The position numbers and the translations under genes were made by a program. DNA of 59,153 bases, counting the filler. It is 9 parts of 9 records of this genome, joined end to end, with 100 filler letters (N's around TTAATTAATTAA, not from the genome) between each part and the next. Parts side by side here need not be neighbours in the genome. Positions count along the whole stretch, not along the records: positions 36,936 to 42,276 come from SRR31156797_7870; positions 42,377 to 48,869 come from SRR31156797_7872; positions 48,970 to 53,991 come from SRR31156797_7876; 6 more parts are not named here. The stretch is one strand, 5' to 3'. Below are positions 40,400 to 48,970 of this stretch, piece by piece. Below the pieces are notes generated by a model, which searched no databases, had not been told where the DNA came from, and saw nothing but the letters and a program-made list of their open reading frames with translations. Position 1 is the first letter of the stretch, and each line of letters opens with the position of its first letter.

Positions 40400-42201
40400 A
40401 TATCAATGTCAGCCAGCTGAAATGCGCCTGCCTGAATGAATCCTGGCGAAACAGTTTTAAAAACGGTGAAAATCCTTCGACTTTCTGCCCGCCCCCTCCA
40501 GGCAGCATGCCCGTCTACGGCACAAAATTTCATAAACTCGTGGAACGGTTCACCCGCCGGCTTTCATCGGACCGGCAGGCAAAAACAGGGTTCGGCACAC
40601 ATGACGAAATTAAACTATGGCAAGAGCTGTATGACCTCTTTGCCGAAAAAACCCTCTCGAAGCTCCTGAAAACCAGAGAGATCGATTCGGCACACCATCT
40701 TTGCGAGTGCCTAAAATCATTCTGCCGCCACCTGATGGACCTGAAAAAAAAAGCCCCCGGTATGAAATCATGGCAGGATCTCTATCTGACCCAGGAATTT
40801 CTGATCAAGGACCTCCCGTTTAAGGTCGGCCCCCACACCCTGTTTATTTCCGGCCAGGCGGATGCCGTGAGAAGCCATCCGGAACATGGCATCGAAGTGG
40901 TGGATTACAAGCTTTCACAGGGCTCCAACCTTGAACAGGATCTGGTGCAGCTCGCCATCTATGCAAAACTGCTTGAAATTGAAAAACCGGGACTCTCCTT
41001 TCACGGAGCGATCGAGTACTTTGAGCCGGAGCTTCGCGCAGTTCCCGTTTCAAACGAAGATCTCAAGTCCATTTTTGCTGAACTTGTCGAGCCAGTACTG
41101 CCTGAGCTTTTCACGGCCGAGCAACAGGGGAAAACCGCACCGTCCAAAGAGAACAGCCCCGATCTGTCTGAAGAAATCAGGCAGTGCTACCGCTCCTTCA
41201 AACTGGATGTTACGGTAATCGAGCGCATGGAAGCACCCCAGCTTGTAAGATACAGCTTAAAACCCGCCAACGGGGTCAAGGTGGTCTCCCTGGCCAACAG
41301 GGCGGAAGATCTTCAAGTATTCCTCTCTCTACCCATGGCGCCTTTGATCGAACCTGCCCGGGGGGCGGTCTCCATCGACATCCCCAAGGATAGACCGGAT
41401 ACGGTTTACTGGGAACAGCTAAGGCATGATACCTCCTGGGGCAAGGATGGCAACAGCGTTGCATTTCCAGTGGGTATCTCCGTCACGGGCCAATCGATCT
41501 TCGCCGATTTTTCAGATCCCAACATGTGCCATGGGCTGATTGCCGGTGCTTCCGGAAGCGGCAAAAGCGAATTTCTGAAGGCGATGGTGGCTTCCCTGGT
41601 TTCGAGAAACACCCCGGACACCCTGCGCCTGTCCATCATCGACCCCAAGCATCTCACCTTTGGGGCCCTCAACGGCAGCCCCTATCTGACAAGCCCCGTC
41701 ATCAAGGAGATGGCCCCGGCCATCTCATGCCTGCAGTCGGCCGCCCGTGAAATGGACACACGGTATCGAATCCTAGAGAAGGAGGGTTTTGAAAACCTGA
41801 AGGGCCGTTTCCAGGCGGGACATGAAGATATCCCTTACCGCTTCATTGTCTTTGATGAGTTTGCTGATCTGATTCTCAGCGGAAAGGAGGAGAAAAAAGA
41901 GTTTGAAAACCTGGTGGCAAGAATTGCCGCCAAGGGGCGCGCGGCCGGAATCCATCTGGTGCTGGCCACCCAGAGACCGGACAGGAATATTGTCACGGGA
42001 CAAATCAAGGCCAACCTGCCCCTGAAAATCTGCCTCAGGGTCACCACCGCCGCCAATTCCCAGATCGTCCTGGACGAGGCCGGAGGGGAGTCCCTGCTGG
42101 GACGGGGAGATCTTCTCTGCAACCTGGGCCGGGGAACGGTACGAGCCCAGTCCCCGTATGTTTCCCAGAAAAAACTGCGGACGCTGGCACAACTCCCTTA
42201 A
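40387..42201 (+). CDS. PD-(D/E)XK (RecB/Cas4-like) nuclease fused to an FtsK/SpoIIIE alpha-beta motor; no TM or gamma domain
   Basis: Nuclease: YGTKFH, ISGQAD, VVDYKL, QLAIYA. FtsK: APQLVRY..KP..GVKV, HGLIAGASGSGKS, IIDPK, VFDEFAD, GRAAGIHLVLATQRP, ESLLGRGDLL. Confidence 0.92.
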   Translation: MAILNINVSQLKCACLNESWRNSFKNGENPSTFCPPPPGSMPVYGTKFHKLVERFTRRLSSDRQAKTGFGTHDEIKLWQELYDLFAEKTLSKLLKTREIDSAHHLCECLKSFCRHLMDLKKKAPGMKSWQDLYLTQEFLIKDLPFKVGPHTLFISGQADAVRSHPEHGIEVVDYKLSQGSNLEQDLVQLAIYAKLLEIEKPGLSFHGAIEYFEPELRAVPVSNEDLKSIFAELVEPVLPELFTAEQQGKTAPSKENSPDLSEEIRQCYRSFKLDVTVIERMEAPQLVRYSLKPANGVKVVSLANRAEDLQVFLSLPMAPLIEPARGAVSIDIPKDRPDTVYWEQLRHDTSWGKDGNSVAFPVGISVTGQSIFADFSDPNMCHGLIAGASGSGKSEFLKAMVASLVSRNTPDTLRLSIIDPKHLTFGALNGSPYLTSPVIKEMAPAISCLQSAAREMDTRYRILEKEGFENLKGRFQAGHEDIPYRFIVFDEFADLILSGKEEKKEFENLVARIAAKGRAAGIHLVLATQRPDRNIVTGQIKANLPLKICLRVTTAANSQIVLDEAGGESLLGRGDLLCNLGRGTVRAQSPYVSQKKLRTLAQLP

Positions 42202-42376
42202 AATTAATCCATAGCCAGGTTCTGTTTAAAATTAGTAAAAATTACTCTTCCATGGCGCCCATCTCGATGGAGATCTNNNNNNNNNNNNNNNNNNNNNNNN
42301 NNNNNNNNNNNNNNNNNNNNTTAATTAATTAANNNNNNNNNNNNNNNNNNNNNNNNNNNNNNNNNNNNNNNNNNNN

Positions 42377-42426
42377 AAACTCTAAACTCTAAACTCTAAA
42401 TTCTAATCTCTAAACTCTAAACTCTA
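42377..42426. repeat. Heptanucleotide tandem repeat (AAACTCT), about 7 copies
   Basis: aaactct aaactct aaactct aaattct aatctct aaactct aaactct, abutting the hydA stop at the contig end. Confidence 0.9.
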
Positions 42427-44145
42427 CCGCAAAACTTCCTTTTCACAATAGGTTGTTCTTAGTTTTTCCCTGAATGAATCCTTTTCCTTTCCTGAATATT
42501 TTTCAAACAACTCTTTTACCGCAGGATTTTTGTGCGCTACTTTAATGGATTCTTTTTCATCGATGTCGTACAACGATTTCATTCTCAATTTTAGTGATTC
42601 TTTATTTTTTGTGATGGGCTGGCCTCCCCCGTTTACACAGCTTCCCGGGCAAGCCATTGCCTCGATGAAATGGAGGTCGTTTCGTCCGGATTTGATTTGA
42701 GCAATCAGTTCTTTGGCATTTTCAAGCCCGTTAACTGCTGCAACACCAATTTTTGTCTTACCGATTTTGGAAGAAATTTGCTTGATGTTTTTGTTGCTGC
42801 GGAATGCCGTAACTTTAAAATTGACCAGATTTTTCCCGGTCATCCTGTGATACAGGGTTCTGTAAACTGCTTCAGCTACTCCGCCACTTGCACCAACGAT
42901 TTTACCTGCCGAACTGCGAATGGCAAATGGACCGTCAGCCAATTCCAGGGCCGATTGTTGAATGTCCAGGCCCATCAGACGTATCATGCGGGCGAGTTCG
43001 CGTGTCGTGAGCACGGTGTCCACATCCTGGATGCCTTTGTGTGTGTGCTCCTCGCGCTGAGCTTCAAATTTTTTGGCCGTGCAGGGCATCAGCGAGACAC
43101 TGTAAATGGATTCACCTTTCACTTTTTGTTGCCGCGAAAAATGGTGTTTTACCAGGCTACCCATGATCTGTTGCGGAGATTTACAAACAGAAATATGGCC
43201 CAAAATATCAGGATGGTACTCCTCCATGAACTTTACAAAAGCAGGACAGTCACTTGAAAACATGGGCAGCGAGTCCTGGTTTTCGATCCTGCTTACCAGT
43301 TCATCTACAATAAGGGTCACCATTATATCGGCAGCGAAAGCGGTTTTAAAAACTTTTTTAAACCCCATTTTTCGGAGTGTAGCCACCAATAGACCATCAA
43401 TCTCTTTACCTGCTTTCACATTAAATTCTTCGGCTAACGAAACAGAAACTGTTGGAGAAATTTGCACAACAGGGTATTTATCTGGATTCTGCAATGATTC
43501 CATCACCTGGCTGATGTTATCCTTTTCGTGCAGTGCGCCGGTTGGGCATACCATAATGCATTGGCCACAAGTGATGCAGTTTGAAATATTGAGCCTGTTG
43601 TTGAATGTTGGCCCCACAAGGGTTTTCATCCCTTTGCCGATGAAGTCGAAAGTGCTTACGCCGATTCTTTCTTTGCAAACACGTACGCAGCGACCACAGA
43701 GGATACATTTTTCCGGATCGCGAACGATGGCTGCACTTGACGGGTCTTTTTTGAGTTTTCTCGTTGCAACAGGCAATTTGCGTTCCCGTATGCCCAGCTC
43801 TTCAGCCAGGTTTTGTAATTCACAGTTGCGGTTGCGAATGCAGTACAGGCAATCGTCGGGATGGCTCGAAAGCAACAGTTCCACAATGATTCTCCTGGCG
43901 CGGATTACCCTGGGAGAGTGGGTATGAATCTTCATCCATTCTTCCACGGGATGCGAGCAGGAAGGAACCAGGTCATCGTTGCCATCAACCTCAACAACAC
44001 AAATCCTGCATGCACCTGTTGGTGTGAAGGTTTCCATGTTGCAAAGCGTGGGAACTGATATACCGTTTTTACGCAGCGTTTCAAGGATGGTATCTCCTTT
44101 TTTCGCTTTGATGGTCTTGCTATTTACTTCAATGTTAAAAACCAT
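42424..44145 (-). CDS. hydA: Group A3-like [FeFe]-hydrogenase catalytic subunit (HydA/HndD) with variant L1 motif
   Basis: N-terminal 2Fe-2S, H...C..C..N..C and 2x4Fe-4S; L1 SSDCPAF, L2 MPCTAKKFE, L3 EAMACPGSCVNGGGQP. Confidence 0.9.
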   Translation of the reverse strand: MVFNIEVNSKTIKAKKGDTILETLRKNGISVPTLCNMETFTPTGACRICVVEVDGNDDLVPSCSHPVEEWMKIHTHSPRVIRARRIIVELLLSSHPDDCLYCIRNRNCELQNLAEELGIRERKLPVATRKLKKDPSSAAIVRDPEKCILCGRCVRVCKERIGVSTFDFIGKGMKTLVGPTFNNRLNISNCITCGQCIMVCPTGALHEKDNISQVMESLQNPDKYPVVQISPTVSVSLAEEFNVKAGKEIDGLLVATLRKMGFKKVFKTAFAADIMVTLIVDELVSRIENQDSLPMFSSDCPAFVKFMEEYHPDILGHISVCKSPQQIMGSLVKHHFSRQQKVKGESIYSVSLMPCTAKKFEAQREEHTHKGIQDVDTVLTTRELARMIRLMGLDIQQSALELADGPFAIRSSAGKIVGASGGVAEAVYRTLYHRMTGKNLVNFKVTAFRSNKNIKQISSKIGKTKIGVAAVNGLENAKELIAQIKSGRNDLHFIEAMACPGSCVNGGGQPITKNKESLKLRMKSLYDIDEKESIKVAHKNPAVKELFEKYSGKEKDSFREKLRTTYCEKEVLR

Positions 44146-44159
44146 TTTTTGGTTGGATC

Positions 44160-46100
44160 TTAAATCATATCTATTGCTGAAAATTTACACACCTCAAAAC
44201 ATATCCCGCATCGGGTACACTTGTCCTGATTGATAAAATGGGTTTCATGTGCCGAACCGGTAATGGCATCCTCCGGACATTTTTTCATACAAACGGTACA
44301 CCCGGTACATCGTTCGGCGCTGATTACATAAGACTTCAAGTCTTTGCAAACATTAGCTCTGCATTTCCTTTCGTAGATATGTTCTTCAAATTCTTCCCTG
44401 AACCATTTTAGTGCTGTTAAAACAGGTATGGGGGCCGTTTTTCCCAGTCCGCACAAAGAGGTTTCTTTGATTACTTCAGCAAGGCTTTCCAATTGCAAAA
44501 TTCCCCTGAAACGTGTGAGAGATTCATGGCTTTGCATATCGGCGGGCCTTTCGGTGATGGCTTCCAGTATTTTGTGCATCCTGTTGGTTCCTTCCCTGCA
44601 GGGTATGCACTTTCCGCATGATTCCTTCTCAAGAAAGCCAATAAAATATTTTACAATGTCGACGATACATTTTGTGTCATCCATTACCACAAGTCCACCG
44701 GAACCCATGATCAGGTTTTCTTTCCTGAAAGCATCATAATCAATTTTGATATCAGTATGTTCCTGTGGGATCAAACTACCAGAGGGCCCGCCAATTTGAA
44801 TGGCTTTCAGGTTTTTGCCATTCTTAAGTCCGCCACCTATTTCCCAGATAATTGTTTCGAGCGAAATGCCAAAGGGCACCTCAATAATTCCGGTGTGTTT
44901 GGTGTCGCCCGTCAGGGCAAAGAGTTTGGTGCCTTTACTGTTTTCGGTTCCAAATTTTTTAAACCAGTTTGGCCCTTTCAGCATGATCAGCGGCACGATG
45001 GCCAATGTTTCAACATTGTTGACAACCGTGGGTTTTCCAAACAGTCCTTTCACAGTAGGGTAGGGTGGTTTGGGGCGTGGCATTCCGCGGCGTCCTTCAA
45101 GGCTTTTGAGCAGTGCAGTTTCTTCGCCACAAACAAATGCTCCCGGCCCTTCTCTCAGGAAAATTTGCAGGTTAAACCCGCTGTTAAAAATATCATTACC
45201 CAGCAAACCTGCAGATTTTGCCTGTTCCAGGGCAGCTTTCAACCGCCTGACGGCAATAGCGTATTCTGATCGGATGTAAATGTAGGCCTTTGAAGCACTG
45301 CAGGCATATGCAGCAATGGCAATACCTTCGATGAGCCGGTGTGGGTTTCCTTCCACAAGGGTACGGTCCATATAAGCGCCGGGGTCACTTTCGTCGGCAT
45401 TACAAACCAGGTATTTTTGCTCGCTGCCGGTAGTTCCTATCTGTTTCCATTTTACACCCGTAAGGAATCCTCCGCCTCCCCTGCCGCGCAATCCACTTTG
45501 CTCCATCATTTTACAAACTTCATCAGGCGGATAGTTGAGGATGGTTTTTACAAACGAAACATATCCTTCCCTGGCCAGGTATTCATCCAGGCTTCCAGGT
45601 GCAACTTCTCCGCAATCGTATAGCAGCAAGCGTTGCTGATTTTTAAAAAACGGAAGATCATTAATTATGGGTACATTTTCCCAGTATTCCAGATTTTCAT
45701 TTTGGAATTGCCCCAAAATATTCACCCCTGACAGATGATTGTGGAAACATTCGTTGAGCAACTTCGGGACCAGATCTTTGGTAACTTTTTGAAAACTTAC
45801 CCTGGCCTTGCCGGGAAGCTGCACATCCAGCAAAGGTTCTGCACTGCACAGCCCGATGCAGCCCACCTCAACAACCTCTGCATCTTCATTGGTATTTTCG
45901 AGGTATTCATGGACAGCTTTTAAAGTTTGACCTGCTCCGGCAGCGATACCGCATGTTCCCGTTCCAACAAAAATCACAGGTTTGTGCAGGTTGGTTCGTA
46001 GGAGTTCGCTGCGTTTTTGCTGAACCTCATCGCTATAATCCCTGGTGAAATTCATCACCATTTTTTTGAGGAGGAATTGTGTATGTAAATCTGCTGCCAT
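44160..46100 (-). CDS. hydB: NuoF-like diaphorase subunit HydB/HndC
   Basis: GLRGRGGGGF, NADESDPGAYMDR, GAFVCGEETAL, GGPSG, ESCGKCIPCREG, two C-terminal 4Fe-4S. Confidence 0.93.
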   Translation of the reverse strand: MAADLHTQFLLKKMVMNFTRDYSDEVQQKRSELLRTNLHKPVIFVGTGTCGIAAGAGQTLKAVHEYLENTNEDAEVVEVGCIGLCSAEPLLDVQLPGKARVSFQKVTKDLVPKLLNECFHNHLSGVNILGQFQNENLEYWENVPIINDLPFFKNQQRLLLYDCGEVAPGSLDEYLAREGYVSFVKTILNYPPDEVCKMMEQSGLRGRGGGGFLTGVKWKQIGTTGSEQKYLVCNADESDPGAYMDRTLVEGNPHRLIEGIAIAAYACSASKAYIYIRSEYAIAVRRLKAALEQAKSAGLLGNDIFNSGFNLQIFLREGPGAFVCGEETALLKSLEGRRGMPRPKPPYPTVKGLFGKPTVVNNVETLAIVPLIMLKGPNWFKKFGTENSKGTKLFALTGDTKHTGIIEVPFGISLETIIWEIGGGLKNGKNLKAIQIGGPSGSLIPQEHTDIKIDYDAFRKENLIMGSGGLVVMDDTKCIVDIVKYFIGFLEKESCGKCIPCREGTNRMHKILEAITERPADMQSHESLTRFRGILQLESLAEVIKETSLCGLGKTAPIPVLTALKWFREEFEEHIYERKCRANVCKDLKSYVISAERCTGCTVCMKKCPEDAITGSAHETHFINQDKCTRCGICFEVCKFSAIDMI

Positions 46101-46564
46101 TACAAACCTTCTTTTTCTCTGATTGAAGCAATAATCTGGCTTAGCTTTTCGCTGGTTGCATGGGTAAAAAAGTCATCATTGATACGAACTACCGGGGATT
46201 TTCCACATGCACCCATGCACGGTGTGGTTTTGAGGCTGAACAAGCGATTGCTGGTAATTTCGTTTTCTTCAATCCCGGTAAGTTTTTTGATTCTGCCCAG
46301 CAGGGAAGATGATCCTTCCATGTGGCAGGCTGTGCCATTGCATACTTTGATTTTGTATTTCGCCCCGGGAGAAAACCTGAACTGGTCGTAAAATGTAGAA
46401 ACAGCATAAACTTTACTGGTGGGTATCTTGAGATATGCACCCACTTTTACAACTGCATCTTCAGGTATGTAGCCTTCCTGCCGTTGAACTTCCTGCAAAA
46501 TAGGCAGTAAGTTCTCCCGATCATTGTTGGGTAATTTTTCCAAAATCACCTCAATTTTGTCCAT
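46100..46564 (-). CDS. hydC: NuoE-like 2Fe-2S subunit HydC/HndA
   Basis: LLPILQEVQ..EGY, VSTFY.QF, CNGTACH, CMGAC. Confidence 0.93.
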   Translation of the reverse strand: MDKIEVILEKLPNNDRENLLPILQEVQRQEGYIPEDAVVKVGAYLKIPTSKVYAVSTFYDQFRFSPGAKYKIKVCNGTACHMEGSSSLLGRIKKLTGIEENEITSNRLFSLKTTPCMGACGKSPVVRINDDFFTHATSEKLSQIIASIREKEGL

Positions 46565-46614
46565 CCGGTTAATTATTAATCAGTTACAGTTTTGATTCAC
46601 AAAATTAATATTTT

Positions 46615-46649
46615 TTGTTAATTAATTCACATTGTTATTTTTATAACAA
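46615..46649. promoter_or_regulatory. Two adjacent Rex-like operators in the divergent hyd promoter
   Basis: TTGTTAATTAATTCACAT and the perfect inverted repeat TTGTTAT-N4-ATAACAA, compared with the Rex consensus TTGTGAA-N4-TTCACAA. Confidence 0.55.
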
Positions 46650-46708
46650 AAAATGAAAAGATTATTTTTTTTATGATCTTTGCTATTCCAAGAAATTATT
46701 CAGGTGTA

Positions 46709-46969
46709 ATGCTCAAAAAGAAAACGATTTTGATTTGTTTGGGGAGTTCATGTTTCGCCAGGGGGAATAAGCACCTGGTTCAGGAGATCAGGAAATATCT
46801 TGAGGAGCATAAGCTTGGCCATCGTGTTGATTTTAAAGGGAAACATTGTTTCAGCAATTGTGAAAACGGGCCGGCAATTCAAATTGACAATCAGCGATTT
46901 GATCACATCAGCAAGGATAATATCCGTGAAATACTTGATAAACAACTTTTAACCACATCATGGGATTGA
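46709..46969 (+). CDS. Thioredoxin-like [2Fe-2S] ferredoxin
   Basis: ICLGSSCFARGN...HCFSNCENGP. Confidence 0.88.
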   Translation: MLKKKTILICLGSSCFARGNKHLVQEIRKYLEEHKLGHRVDFKGKHCFSNCENGPAIQIDNQRFDHISKDNIREILDKQLLTTSWD

Positions 46970-48810
46970 TACAGATAAATCCGGAAAATTGTACCGACTG
47001 CCTGCAATGTGCACGGGTATGCCCGGTGCATGCCATCATTGTTAAGGTTGGACAGGAACATCCTGTGATTGATCATGACAGATGTATGGGGTGTGGCACC
47101 TGTATTAAAGCCTGCGCCGATTCCGGGTTTGGTTATCACGATTCTAAACCGAAAGTCAACACCCTGATTCAATCAGATAAACAAACTGTTGCGCTGGTCG
47201 ATCCTAGCATATCAGGTGAGTTTCCCGATGTGGCTGATTACCGCAAATTTGTGGAGATGATCAGGCAATTGGGGTTTGAAATTGTAATGGATGTATCGTT
47301 TGGTGTAGATCTGGTGTCCCGGAAATATCAGGAACTTTTCAGCAAAACGCAGGGAAAATATTACATCACCGCCAATTGTCCGGCCATCGTTGAGATGGTG
47401 CGTAAATATCATCCTGATTTAGTGGATAACCTGGCCCCGATCATTTCTCCCATGGATGCCATGGCCAAAGTAGCCCGCCAAATTCACGGCCAGGACCTTC
47501 AAACAGTTTTTATTGGGCCATGCATCTCAGCAAAACTTCATTCATGTGATTTTGATGATGATACTTTGATCGATTCAGTATTAACTTTTAAGGAACTGCG
47601 CGAATTGTTTGAGGAGCAAAACATCCACGAAGGCCAGCTGGAATTTTCGGAGTTTGACCCGCCATTTGGACGAAAGGGAGCTTTGTACCCTATCAGCAAA
47701 GGAATCCTGGAAGCCGGAGAAATCGATCAGGATACGATGGATGGACAGGTAATTACCCTGGAAGGAAAGGTAGAATCTCTGCAGGGAATCCGTTCCTTCG
47801 AATCCGATATAGCATCAATCCAGAAACATTTCAATGTTTTTTATAACAAAGGTTGTGTGATGGGGCCGGGCATGACAACAAGCGGTGATCAGCAAAAACG
47901 AAACGCCCTTGTTATTGATTATGCGCATAAAAGACTCGCGAAGCTTGACCAGCAAAAATGGGATGCCGAAATGCAAAAGTTTGCTGATCTGGATTTGAGC
48001 AGGACATTCGAAAAAGATGATCGCCGGGCAAAAGCACCATCGGATGCCAGGGTGAACGAAATTTTGACCCTGCTCGGTAAAACCGGTGAACGGACAAATA
48101 TGTGCTCTAATTGTGGTTTCGATTCATGCAGAAGCTTTGCCGAAGCAGTGGCTCAGGGGTTTACACGTACTGACATGTGCCTGGATTTTAACCTTCAGAA
48201 TAAAAACAAATATATCTCCTCGCTACGAGATTCCAATGCAAAGCAGGATGCAGAGATTGAAAGCCTGAAAAAAAATCTGGCTGATCATATTGCTGAATTT
48301 GAGCTCATGAATGATAAACTGGAAACCTCAAGGGCTATCATGAACCAGATTCCATCAGGGGTGGTGATTGTGGATGAGAAATTGAAGATCACTTCATCAA
48401 ACCGCAGCTTTATTGAATTGCTTGGCGAAGAAGCCCGGGATATCGACGAGATTATTCCCGGTTTGCGAGGTGCCGATCTGAAAACCCTCGTTCCTGTGCA
48501 ATTTTACAAGGTCTTTCAGAACGTTTTGGCGACCGGCGAAAATATCCTAAGCCGGGATGTGAAAATCGAAGAGGCATTTTTAAACCTGAGCGTGTTCTCC
48601 ATCAAAGATAATAAAGTGGTTGGCGGAATCGTACGTGATATGTTCTCGCCGGAAGTGCGCAATGAGCAGATCATCCAGCGTGTTACCGATGTCATCGATC
48701 AAAATCTTGGGATGGTCCAGCAGATCGGCTTTCTGCTTGGCGAAGGTGCTTCCAAAACTGAGGCCATGCTCAACTCGATCATCCAGTTGCACCGGAAGAA
48801 AAAGAAATAA
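46960..48810 (+). CDS. Group C (HydS-like) [FeFe]-hydrogenase homologue with FeS and PAS domains; degenerate H-cluster motifs
   Basis: 2x4Fe-4S, ITANCPA, GPCISAK, FYNKGCVMGPG, CSNCGFDSC...MC, coiled coil, PAS (IPSGVVIVD), C-terminal VQQIGFLLGE. Confidence 0.85.
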   Translation: MGLIQINPENCTDCLQCARVCPVHAIIVKVGQEHPVIDHDRCMGCGTCIKACADSGFGYHDSKPKVNTLIQSDKQTVALVDPSISGEFPDVADYRKFVEMIRQLGFEIVMDVSFGVDLVSRKYQELFSKTQGKYYITANCPAIVEMVRKYHPDLVDNLAPIISPMDAMAKVARQIHGQDLQTVFIGPCISAKLHSCDFDDDTLIDSVLTFKELRELFEEQNIHEGQLEFSEFDPPFGRKGALYPISKGILEAGEIDQDTMDGQVITLEGKVESLQGIRSFESDIASIQKHFNVFYNKGCVMGPGMTTSGDQQKRNALVIDYAHKRLAKLDQQKWDAEMQKFADLDLSRTFEKDDRRAKAPSDARVNEILTLLGKTGERTNMCSNCGFDSCRSFAEAVAQGFTRTDMCLDFNLQNKNKYISSLRDSNAKQDAEIESLKKNLADHIAEFELMNDKLETSRAIMNQIPSGVVIVDEKLKITSSNRSFIELLGEEARDIDEIIPGLRGADLKTLVPVQFYKVFQNVLATGENILSRDVKIEEAFLNLSVFSIKDNKVVGGIVRDMFSPEVRNEQIIQRVTDVIDQNLGMVQQIGFLLGEGASKTEAMLNSIIQLHRKKKK

Positions 48811-48839
48811 AATATGAATACGAAATCGATAATAATCAG

Positions 48840-48864
48840 GTAAAGACGCACGGCCGTGCGTCTC
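48840..48864. repeat. REP-like palindrome
   Basis: Perfect 20-bp palindrome AGACGCACGGCCGTGCGTCT (48844-48863) preceded by GTAA; at the contig end. Confidence 0.7.
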
Positions 48865-48970
48865 AACGANNNNNNNNNNNNNNNNNNNNNNNNNNNNNNN
48901 NNNNNNNNNNNNNTTAATTAATTAANNNNNNNNNNNNNNNNNNNNNNNNNNNNNNNNNNNNNNNNNNNNA

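Noticed and set aside
40387-42201. Housekeeping cell-division FtsK, conjugative coupling protein, or CRISPR Cas4
   Set aside because: No TM or gamma domain, no conjugation genes, no C-terminal Cas4 Cys cluster, and no cas1 or array.
42424-46564. Respiratory complex I nuoEFG
   Set aside because: The third subunit carries H-cluster L1-L3 motifs rather than a NuoG molybdopterin-like domain, and no membrane nuo genes are present.
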